From: Camelus ferus
Taxonomy: Eukaryota
Assembly: GCF_009834535.1 (NCBI RefSeq)
Contig: NC_045698.1
Span: 10,356,001-10,420,000 of the forward strand
Reading direction: 5' to 3'
DNA length: 64,000 nt
Made by a program: the position numbers and the translations under genes. Positions 1 through 10,472 of the stretch are shown here, in pieces. Numbering within the stretch: position 1 is the stretch's first letter; the number at the start of each line of letters is the position of its first letter. The notes below the pieces were generated by a model. That model had not been told where the DNA came from and searched no databases. It saw only the letters and a list, made by a program, of their open reading frames with translations.

Positions 1-434
1 GTGAACAAAAGGAGCCTCCGGTGCGGAGGGGCGGGATGCGGTCTGTGATGCGGGCACACGTGTGGCCGGAGCTGCGGGAGCTGCAGCGGGGGTCTGAGCG
101 CCGGGCAGCGCGGTGGTGGCCCGTGGGGACGGCACCAGCCCATGGGGACGGCACCGGGAGCTGCTCTCTGCTCCTGAAGGCCCGCGATGCAGAGGAAACA
201 CTGCTGTCTTCAGTGGTCAAAGTGATAACTTGACTGAGAGCTACTATTCTATGTCCAGCTTATTAAAAGAATCAATAGTGGTTTCTACTTTATATTTACA
301 GGAAAAGTGGTATGTTTGTATTCATTATGGGGGTAAATAAGTGTAAGTGTTCAGTTCATGCTAACTTACACAGTGATTGTGTGTGGGTGTGTGTGTACGT
401 GTATGTATACACACACATGTATAATTTTTTTTAA

Positions 435-572
<138 letters not shown>

Positions 573-799
573 TGAATTGTGCACTACTGCTCTGACATTT
601 TTTCTATTCAGTGCATTTGTTTTCCTGACCAGTTTCTCAGTGCATCAGGTAAATAAGACTGTGTTCCTTGATCGAGCACCTGAACTTCGCTGAATGACCC
701 TAGTCTGCAACATAAAATGAGAAAGGAAAGGGAAATTATCAGTACCAGTTTTATTAGTACCAGTTTTCCCAGTATGGCTTGTGTCAAACTGACCTCTGC

Positions 800-820
800 T
801 TTTTTTTTTTTTTTTTTTTT
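800..820. repeat. Poly(T) tract, T21
   Basis: Uninterrupted T run; explains the poly-Lys in spurious ORF 608..868. Confidence 0.95.
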
Positions 821-2523
821 GTATGAAAGATTATAATTAAAATCCCACTTGTAAAAATCAAAAAACAATTAGTCTTGACAATAGAATGGTAAAGAAAACT
901 TAGAATTTGTGGTAAGAGTTGTTACAGAATTCATTATAGATAATTGATACACATCATCTAGACTAAAAGAAAAATAATTTACCACCTCTGTCTCATAATA
1001 GAAGTTTCCTTGGCTGGTGAACATCATTGAGCCTTAGAACGTACCCATCATCCATGCCTCCCTGTAACAATATTTCATGAACCCAGCTATGTCCCCAGTT
1101 CAATCCTAGCTCAACAGGAGGCGGTAATGTAATTTTGCTAGATAGAAATGAAATACAGAAGAAGTTATGAATGCCTGAAACCCTTCTTTACTCTTTTTGT
1201 TAATAAAAAAAATCTAGCAACAGTAAAAAGTGGCTGCATTCTCTTGTGAAGGGGGACCGTTATGGCATTCTTCTACTGGAAAGGCTCTCCAGCGCTCTGT
1301 GTCAGAATCCCGTGAAGTGACTTGATGGCCATCGCGGGAGAAGTATGTGGTTGCTGTAAACACAAAATAGAAGCCAGGAGGCTAAGTTGTTTATATGCAT
1401 GTTTGCCCTTTGCTTTCTAACTCTGCAAGGGCAGTTTATTGCTTAGTGTCCTCAAGATTGATGGGTTTGGTTTTTAGCATATGGTTCTACTAAAGATCTC
1501 TTCCTCAGTGACCTCACATCTAGTCATTCACTATTAAACCGCTGCTTTAATTTATAAACCTGACTTTATTCTGCCCAGGAGTTCTTCAGGAGAGCAGTAA
1601 TGAGCTATGTTGAGGACCCTAACGAGGAGGATTTTCTGCCAGTAAAATTAGTCTCAGTGCATTGCATTTTCAAAGCACTTTTTGCCAAGCTACTCACAAT
1701 AATAGGTCACACCATCTGGCCTTGAGAAAAGGTGCCCATCAGGTAGCTGCGTTGCTGTAAAGCATCCAGGGTGCAGCCAGAGCCACCTGCAGTGTGACAT
1801 CCTCTTGTTGGACACTGGGATACAAAAAGCTGTTGTTACTATTACAGATGAATAATAACCAGTAAGACACTGGTGCGAATCTATCTTGGAGCCCACCAGA
1901 ATGTGAATCTGTTGTCCCTGCTGTCACTTAGTTAATAACAGGCATTCATTTGTCTACGTAGATCTAAAATGTAAGTACACCCAGCGAGGTGTACTTAAAA
2001 TCATTAGAGCTTTCTGAGGTCCCAGCACAGAGGAGAGCATTTCCCTGCAGGTTTCTGTGCAGCAATGCCCTTCCTGCTGTGAGCAGGGTGGTTCCAGGGT
2101 CGAGGGGACATCGCTTTCATGGCCCCAAAGAGCTCAGAACCATGCCAGGATCCAGTGGAAAACAGCAGTACTAGTCAGAGTCCGGCTTGACCTTCAGCTA
2201 GAACCAGCAGCTGAATGTGCCTCGCTGCACTAATTAAATATTTTTGTCACTTTTGAGGCTTGGTAGTTAACGCATACACTAATTCCATCTTAAACTGACT
2301 GCATCTGGTTTACTGTGAGGTGAAGAAACAGCCTGACTTGAGCAGGACAGACCCTTTCCTCCGTTGGATAAAGAGATGGTGATTGGCTTTCCATGAGAAT
2401 CTCTGCCCAGTTGACCACAGTCTGTTTTTATCTCGAAAGTCACGGGTTTTCATACCCATTTCTGCGAAGGCCTAGTTGGTGGGGCATTTCGGGGTCTTGG
2501 GCTCATGGTGTGGTCTCCCACAG

Positions 2524-2635
2524 GAGCTGCTCACATGCTGCGAGGAAGGGAAGGGGGAGATCAAGGACGGCCTGGAGGTGATGCTCAGTGTGCCCAAGCG
2601 GGCCAACGACGCCATGCACCTCAGCATGCTGGAAG
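2524..2635 (+). CDS. TRIO: TRIO coding exon (~exon 29), DH1 final helix: [37 protein letters not shown](G)
   Basis: Acceptor ctcccacag|GAG, donor GAAG|gtgggt, 112 nt, phase 0/1. Lies within ORF 2476..2772. Confidence 0.97.
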
Positions 2636-4208
2636 GTGGGTCCCCGCCGTCACTGCCCACGCCCTCCCGCGCCTGGATGGCCCGGCTTCGTGCCTCTGTG
2701 TTTAGTCGGGAGTTACCAGCTGAGATGCCGGCGCCTTCTTTTTTAAGCAGTTGGTCTCATTGCGTCCCTTAAGGATCACGTGATATACTTCAACCTCATT
2801 AGAAGCCTGTCGTTGTCCCCTCATCGGAGAGCTGCCTCTCTCTGCTCTGAACCCTTGTGGCACCTCCTGTCACTTGCCGGCGGCTACCTGGTCTCCGTGT
2901 TAGATGGACAGGTCGATCCTTCCCCCCAGATGTAAAATCCTAACAGAGCTTGTATCTTCCCCATCTCTGCATCCACTGCCCCACTTGCTCGAGCTTTGAA
3001 TTAAGCAGGTACTACATCCCCTCCTGTGCAGCTGAACAGGGTGTGTAATGTGGCAAAGAGAGAGTCAGTTAAATACGCTTAAAAATTATCGTCACAGGTA
3101 AAATTTCCATGAATGCTTCTGTTTAAGAAAGCTATCTTGGTGTTACAGCTTAACTCTGATTTTCAGGCTACACGGAGTTATTTAAAGAAGTGATCCAGCC
3201 CCAGGTGCTTTGCCAGCCTGTTGTCACCATCAGTCGCGTGGAACAGTACACTAGTTAGGGCGGGGGAGCAGCTGTTTGTTACAGATACCCCCAAAATCAG
3301 AGGCCAAGCCGGAACACCCTTTCTTTCCTTGATGTAAAATCCCGAGCTGGTGCGCGGCCCTCACGAAGTCACCGAGGACTCAGTTGCTGTCTGGCTGGTC
3401 TCTCTCCAGCCCCAGGGTGTTGTCCTGGTTGACCAGGTGCAGGAGGTGTCAAGGCCATGGTAGCGCGTTCCATCCAGCAGGCAGTGGGGAGAGAGGGAGC
3501 CTAGGTGAGCGCAGGTGTGGCTCCCTGACCGCACAGGGGCTGGGAATCGCGGTGCTGGTTTGAGCGTCACAGAGGGCAACTTCTAGTACAGAAGAGGGGA
3601 CGGGTGGAAGCTAGGAGATAACTAGTCACCCCTGCCTCAGTGGGGCCACTTCACGACCAGACAGCAGCAGTGAAACCAGCCAGTGGCCAAAGCAAGGCTC
3701 AACTTGCTTAAAGAGTTTTGTGCTCAAAGGAGAGAAAATTCCCCAGGGAAGGGTCGTCAGGGATGTCTCCCTGCAGGAAGGCCAGACCAGGGCCTCAAAG
3801 ACAGGCTGAGGCTTCATTCAGCAGGATGTCTGGGAAGAGGAGGGTCAGGCTGAGGAGGCAAAGGGTCGAGACGCAGGCTGAAAGTGGATGGCGGCCAGTG
3901 AGGGAGTCCCGGAGCCATTCTGGAAGAAGTCTTGTGTGTGGGAATGCTGTGATGACGGCTGAGGCGGGAGGGCGTTAAAGCAGGTCTCAAATGGTGAGGA
4001 TAAAGCTGTGAGGAATCGAAGGGAAGGTATATGCAGAGCTGTGTCATATGGGTCAGTGCTGGGGAGACTGAAGCCAGAGGGGAATCTCTATTCTGAGATT
4101 TAATTGATGGACATTTTACAAATGTTTCAGTAGCCGTAATGCGGTCTCACGCATCATCTTTTATTTGCTTTCAAATTGACTGTGCCCTTTTTTTTCTTCA
4201 TTTTCTAG

Positions 4209-4399
4209 GGTTTGATGAAAACATTGAGTCTCAGGGAGAACTCATCCTGCAGGAATCCTTCCAAGTGTGGGACCCGAAAACCTTAATTCGAAAGGGTCGA
4301 GAGCGGCACCTCTTCCTTTTTGAAATGTCCTTAGTATTTAGCAAAGAAGTGAAAGATTCCAGTGGGAGAAGCAAGTACCTTTATAAAAGCAAATTGTTT
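4209..4399 (+). CDS. TRIO: TRIO coding exon (~exon 30), PH1 N-half: (G)FDENIESQGELILQESFQVWDPK...YLYKSKLF
   Basis: Acceptor cttcattttctag|GG, donor TTT|gtaagt, 191 nt, phase 1/0. Lies within ORF 4139..4519. Confidence 0.97.
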
Positions 4400-4567
4400 G
4401 TAAGTACAGGCCTTCGAGATTGTAAGTTTAAAGGTAACACAATTGCAGCTTTTTTGCAGGTAGAGGAAAATTACTGTTTGTTGCCTTCATTTAACCTCCC
4501 AAACTGTCCTAAAATGTGAGTCAGAAATTGTCATAGTTTCATCTTCAGTGAAATTATCGCAGGCTTG

Positions 4568-4586
4568 AGTCCACTAGAGGGCGCTC
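4568..4586 (+). promoter_or_regulatory. Candidate CTCF binding site
   Basis: agtCCACTAGAGGGCGCtc matches the CTCF core CCASYAGRKGGCRS at every position. Confidence 0.6.
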
Positions 4587-6375
4587 GTGAGTTTGAGCAG
4601 CCCTTGACTTGGGAAACTTTCTAAATTCCGTAGAAACTAACTGTGGGATAAGAAAACACTTTGCAAGTGAATTGAAATCATTTATCTCCCATGTGCCCTT
4701 AACTAGCTTTATATAAATTGACCATATCAGACTGTGGTTAAGTGAGTTCTCATATCATCATAATGAGTTTTCCATTCACCAACATTGGAATTTACTTAAG
4801 CAGCCTTATAGGGTGGCTCATCGTGGGCTGTTAATGATGAGATTTGGGGTTTTTTTCGCTAAAAATAAATCTATGAAAAATAGATTTACAGTTCTTTACA
4901 GCAGCAAAGTATGGCTATTAGAGAAAATGTCTGTGAGCAAAAATAGTTTTCAAGATCCACAACCCCAGCTGCCTAGCGACAGCCTCCCTCGAGTGCTTGG
5001 TAGACACAGTGATGCATTTGAATTCTTATTTCACTTGTCAGTGTACTTCCTGGCAAGAGAAACGTATATGGTACTTTTTTTCCACTGGTGGCAACCCCAA
5101 CCAAGTCTCTGTAAACCACAAGACGACTCTCAGAAAAGTCTCGGGCAGGTGTTGTCCTCTGGGTCCTCTGACCTCCATCTTCCCTTTGTGGTCATGATCT
5201 CAGAGGGCTCAGCACAGGACTGCTGGGCAGGGTTGGGCAGGGGCCGGTGGGCAAAACGAAGGAAAATCACAATCAGAGAAACAATAGACAATGCAGTAGA
5301 ATTTGGTTTCTTCTTCACAAGTTATGACAGAGCACTTAGACATATTGGTAGATACTTGGAATTTGGACAACTTATATGTTATACATTTTTATGACACCCA
5401 TGTATTAATCAGATCTCCAAAGTAACAGAATACTACCCAGTGCAGAAATCATCTTAATAATAATCTGGAATTTGCAAGTTCAAACTAATGATTTTCATAC
5501 CATTTTCTTTGGCTTGTATCCTGTTTGAGATTGTCTTCTGGATCACCGCCCACCTTACATCATTTTAGATCATATTGTAACTGGACAGAAACAATGCAGC
5601 CTTCCTGGCTGGTCATTTCACTAGCTGGCTTTAGTCAGTCCTTAGAGGCCAGGCTGGTCTGTTTTAGAAGCTGATACTTCTTCACTTCATCTTTTAAAAG
5701 TTAAGCTCCCCTCAGAGGACACGATGATGAATCACTTCCTCTGCTGGGGGCGGGGGAGAGAACACACTGGGGTGGACTTGATTGTGGGGGAGGGGCTGAA
5801 GATGTTGGCCTTCATCTCTGCTCTTCCGTGTTCTGCACGTTGCAGACGCACGTATTACAGAGAGAAAGTTCGTCTCAGCCATTAAAGTTATTGGTGAACT
5901 ACTAAAGCTTAATGCTGTGGATGAACACATTGGAAAATAACTGAGCATTAAAACATCATTTGTCTTCTGTGAAACTACTTCCTTAATGAAAATACACAGT
6001 GGCAGCTCTTTTGCAACTGGAACAGACAAAGTTTACTGTTTGTCAGGTTGAAAATAGACAACTCTTGATTTTCCAGATAATGACGTTTGCAAATAGTTTG
6101 GTTTTCTTCTTCATTTGCTGGTTGACTCGCATCACGATCTCTAGACGAGGTACTCAGAGGAAGTGAAAGAGATTAAGCCAATTGTGTGTAGCCTAAGAAC
6201 AAAATTTTATCATTTTAACTCAAGTGAGAGCTAAGGATTATGTATCAATGTGAACAAACTATGATGTTATAAGCTAGCATGATCACAAGTCACCAGAAAT
6301 GATTTTCTTAGTCTTTGTTCTATATCCTGCCAGAATTGTACTGTCGCCTAACTATATAATTGTCTCTTTATGCAG

Positions 6376-6477
6376 ACCTCAGAGTTGGGTGTCACAGAAC
6401 ACGTTGAAGGAGATCCTTGCAAATTTGCACTGTGGGTGGGGAGGACGCCAACCTCAGATAATAAAATTGTCCTTAAG
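6376..6477 (+). CDS. TRIO: TRIO coding exon (~exon 31), PH1: TSELGVTEHVEGDPCKFALWVGRTPTSDNKIVLK
   Basis: Acceptor tctctttatgcag|ACC, donor AAG|gtacgt, 102 nt, phase 0/0. This frame is absent from the ORF track. Confidence 0.97.
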
Positions 6478-7856
6478 GTACGTCTGTTTGAAGTTTGGAA
6501 CTGTGCTTTGTGACAAGTTTATCTATGTATACTTTTTCCTGTTGTTGGACCTGTTGGTTTTCATAGCCTTTGATTTGTTCTGTCCGTGCTCTGTTGAGAT
6601 TGGTGATTACCACAGAAAGAACAGTGGAATAAATCCGGTTTGGTGTTCTAGTAGTGAAGTAATTTGAGCTAAACGGTTGCTTGTTCACCAAGAAATCAGG
6701 TGGTGAAAGGTCTTTCCGAGTGTCTCCATTCTCCCAGTCTTGCAGAGAATTGGGTGATTCCATAAGAGTTGCAGAAAGTTGAGAAACAGAAGGAGGGAGA
6801 CATGGGCCAGTAGTGCCCGTTGTACACTTGGCCTCTGGTTTTCAGAGGAAAACAGGCACCTGATGAATTTGTGAGGGCCTTTGACAGTTTCAAGGCTGCG
6901 CGGGCCAGGAGTCTTCACGGGGTCCTAGACTCTGGCTTTCTAATTTGGAGGCAGTTTAAAAAGAGGGGGTGATGATCAGGTACAGTGTTCAAAACGCTGA
7001 GGGTGCTTTGCACACTGTCTTTGAGGGAGGAATGTATCTTTGAATATTTGATTTGAACTCTGTTTTGATTGTACAAATCTCTCCTAGGAGTGATACAGGG
7101 CTCTGGAGTGTCTTTTGGGCTTCCCTCCTTCTGCCTTTGAGAAGATACAGATGGAACTGTCTTTTTGAGCTGTCTGGAAAGACCATAAGCGACTTCAGGA
7201 TGTTTTGGGGCAAATGTAGTGGAAGATTTGTAGAATATTGGGAGACGAGCCAGAAGCTTAATGGGCCTCTGGTGTGGGGACTTGCATGTCAGCGATTTTG
7301 TCCCTTGCATTCCTTTTAATCTCTCTACGGTATTTCCAGCAACTGTGAGTTTTTCAAGCAGACATCGCCTGTGCTTCAGTGACCGCTGACTGTGGAAGCC
7401 ACTGTGTTCCTAAGGTCTTTATTCTCATGGAAATGATGGATTGTTTCGTGATGACTATATGATTACTAACCCAGCGTGTTCTTGTTAGTACTGGCGTGAA
7501 GCCCTATAAAATGTAAATTGCACTGATAGCTAAATATTAGATAGCTGAGCTTTTTTAAGGCATAAAATTTTGAAGTATACTCAAGGCCTTAAAATGTCCA
7601 ACTGAAGTTGAGTATTTATCCAGATTAGCTGCAGTGACAAAAGCCAAAGGGTGCATCTGAGAAACAGTGCCAGATACGTTAGCCAGATACGGACTACGTT
7701 CACATAGGATGTGATAAGACACTGATGATGCCATCGGAGAGTAAGTCTTCCTGCAGGCTTTACCAAATGGAAGTTTTCTAGATTTAGGGTAATATTTTTC
7801 TGGCTTTTAATGAGAGACTAAAGGAAATGATGTCCCCATTAATTTCAGGGATGGCT

Positions 7857-8008
7857 TTGTGGTGCTGGTGATGGTGGTGGTGGATATTTTAGCAGCGGTT
7901 CTGGCGGCTGTGGTCTAGATGGTGGTGAGGGTGTAGACAGTGGTAGAGATGGTGATGGTGTAGATGGTGGTGGTGACAGTAATGGTGGCAATGACAGAGC
8001 TGTGATGG
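7857..8008. repeat. Degenerate (GGT/GAT)n low-complexity tract
   Basis: Repeated ggtggtg/atggtg/gatggt units; reads as Thr/Ile-rich on the minus strand (ORF 7915..8121). Confidence 0.75.
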
Positions 8009-8807
8009 CCTGGTCTTTGTAGAACTAAATTGTGACCTTTTTTACCTTTATAGTTGGAAAGGGGAATTTTATTTCTAAATTCTTTCTCAAGCAGATCAAG
8101 ACTACCAAGACTATGGAACAAATTATTCCCTCCTCTTATCCAGGGGGACCTTTTACTTCGCCCTTTAGGTGGTTACCTTTCTCATACTGCTCCTGAAAAA
8201 TTGGTACCTTTTATCCTCATTTAATTTCTCTAAGGTTAGGAGAATTGCTCTCAATAAATGTCATTCTCCATTGTCTCCAAACTCTGCCAAGTGTTCTTTT
8301 CAGATACTTCTCTTTGTTTAACCTCCCAAACGTGTGTATCAAGCATTTAAATTCTAATAGTTCTGTGTTGTTCACAGGTTTCCGTCTGAGATGCTTATTT
8401 CACGCACAGACTCCCCTGTCCCCTAGTCACCCTGCCTCCCACCCCAGAAGAAACGGGTTTTACTGCTCTCTTGACATCTGATCTGGGAAGAGGAGCAAGG
8501 GGCTCCTTGTTCCTGCATTTCTTTCCCTGTTCCTCCCCTAAACAACTTTGGAGACACATCTCCCGTTCAAACATTTTATTTAGAAAGCGCATTCTCGATT
8601 TTAATTTCCTTTCCCAGCATGGGCTCTGACTGTATTTTCAAGAACACAGTGCACCATGAGGAAGCACTGGGTTCTCCTCCCTTCGTGATCTCATCCGTAA
8701 TCCCACTGACAATTGTTTTAATCCTTTACAGGGAATTGTGCTTATATCATAGGAGGTTGATGTTTTCCGTAAGGAAATTTAAAACTGTTACTAAGGCCTA
8801 GAACATG

Positions 8808-8834
8808 TTTTTTTTTTTTTTTTTTTTAAAAAAA
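8808..8834. repeat. Poly(T)20 followed by A7
   Basis: Read directly from the sequence. Confidence 0.9.
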
Positions 8835-9104
8835 CAACCTCTTTTGAGGTGCAGTGAAAGGAAAAAATCTGGAAAAAGTGATGCCATATGTGTTCATTCA
8901 ACAAATGCTTGTTAGTATCTGCTACGTGTCGTTGTCAGAGACCCTCCCTTCAGAGCTGCGGGGAGGTGAGGGAAATCCGCCCTGTGTCATTGGCAGTGGG
9001 TCACCCTGGTCTATCCCAGTGGTATAACCAGAGGTAGCTACACACAGAGTTTTGCAGGGACGGGCTCAGGCGTCCACCCCCCGGAAATTCCGGCGTGTTC
9101 ACCT

Positions 9105-9200
9105 GCCGGCAGCGTGACCTTGGGCGCATTTCTAGTGTGTCCATGTTGCAGTTCCTCATTTATAACAGGAGGATCAGGGAGGCCCCGGCTCCACAGGGTG
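9105..9200 (+). mobile_element. MIR SINE fragment
   Basis: gcgtgaccttgggcgca...cagttcctcatttataacaggaggat resembles the MIR core. Confidence 0.55.
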
Positions 9201-9639
9201 TGAGTGGGTGCAGTCCTGGGGGCAAGGCGGCCAGATGTGTGGGTGCGCATTCACATCCCTGCTGACCCTCCATGGGCTGCTGACCACTCGTCTTCGCCTA
9301 AAGGACCTCAGGACACTTGGGTTTGAGGGCTGATTGTGTTTTCATATTTACCCAGAGTTGTTTAAAAGGTCATGGGGCTGGGAAAGGATAGATTACTTGA
9401 CTTTTCAGAGACCTGGAATAACATGAACACTATAAAATAAAAATGGTTTTGATGATAAAATATTCAAGATCAGGGTCATTTATTTGGTGGCAAATTAAAT
9501 GCAGGATGTGGTTGCTTTTCTGCTGAGAAGTTATTTTTAAAACGGGCGACTCAAGGAACGCGGGGCCCTGAGTGTGGTGAGTGCAGGGTCTGAAAAGGGC
9601 CCCTTCTGTGTCGTGATCGACTCTTAATGCCTTGTCAAG

Positions 9640-9782
9640 GCCTCCAGTATAGAGAACAAGCAGGACTGGATCAAACACATCCGGGAGGTGATCCAGGAGA
9701 GAACCATCCACCTGAAAGGCGCCCTGAAGGAGCCCATCCACATCCCCAAGACGGCTCCGGCGGCCAGACAGAGGGGAAGGAG
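9640..9782 (+). CDS. TRIO: TRIO coding exon (~exon 32), PH1 C-terminal helix: ASSIENKQDWIKHIREVIQERTIHLKGALKEPIHIPKTAPAARQRGR(R)
   Basis: Acceptor gccttgtcaag|GCC, donor AG|gtgcgt, 143 nt, phase 0/2. Confidence 0.96.
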
Positions 9783-10044
9783 GTGCGTGCCGGGGGCTTT
9801 TTCCTACGCTTGTTTTCCCATAAGGAACAAGGCGATGGTAACTTACTCTTTTTCACAAGTCATTTTTCTTAAATATTTTGAAGAATATTTTTTTAAAAAA
9901 TACAGTTCATACATAACATCATTCTTAGTAATGAAATTGCTTCTAGATGAGAACCCCTTTGACTTAAAGTAAATGAAGGTCTGCATGCAAATCCCTAATC
10001 ATGTCCCTTTTCCCCCCAAGTGTTAATCTGTGCACATGTGTCAG

Positions 10045-10205
10045 TCATGCATGTGACCTTGGACAAGTTATGTAGCTTCTCATTTCTAAAATGGCAGTGA
10101 TCATACAACTGTATTTCATTATCGTGAGAACTCAGTGAGATGATAGATGTTAGACACTCAGCCCGGTGCCTGGCAAAAAGCCTGTCCTCAGGGAAGAGTC
10201 ATTAT
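10045..10205 (+). mobile_element. MIR SINE fragment
   Basis: tgtgaccttggacaagtta...tctcatttctaaaatggc...cactcagcccggtgcctggca matches the MIR core and 3' part. Confidence 0.65.
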
Positions 10206-10372
10206 CGCTGTGTGTGACTATTACCATCATTAATACAGTGGTGGTGGCCGCAGTCACGCAGACTGATTTGCACCTCTGAACAAATCTGTTATTTCTCCAA
10301 TGGCTGGTAGACAGTCTTCACAAGTCTTAAAAAACAAATCCAGCGGTGTCAGGAATTTCTTTGTATCCCCAG

Positions 10373-10472
10373 GGATGGAGAGGATCTGGATAGCCAGGGT
10401 GACGGCAGCAGCCAGCCTGATACCATTTCAATTGCCTCCCGGACATCTCAGAACACGCTGGACAGTGACAAG
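10373..10472 (+). CDS. TRIO: TRIO coding exon (~exon 33): (R)DGEDLDSQGDGSSQPDTISIASRTSQNTLDSDK
   Basis: Acceptor tttctttgtatccccag|G, donor AAG|gtaagc, 100 nt, phase 2/0. Confidence 0.97.

Noticed and set aside
121..160. Short direct repeat tggggacggcacc x2, with similar two-copy duplications near 741, 15757, 30097 and 34499
   Set aside because: Two copies only; ordinary slippage duplications.
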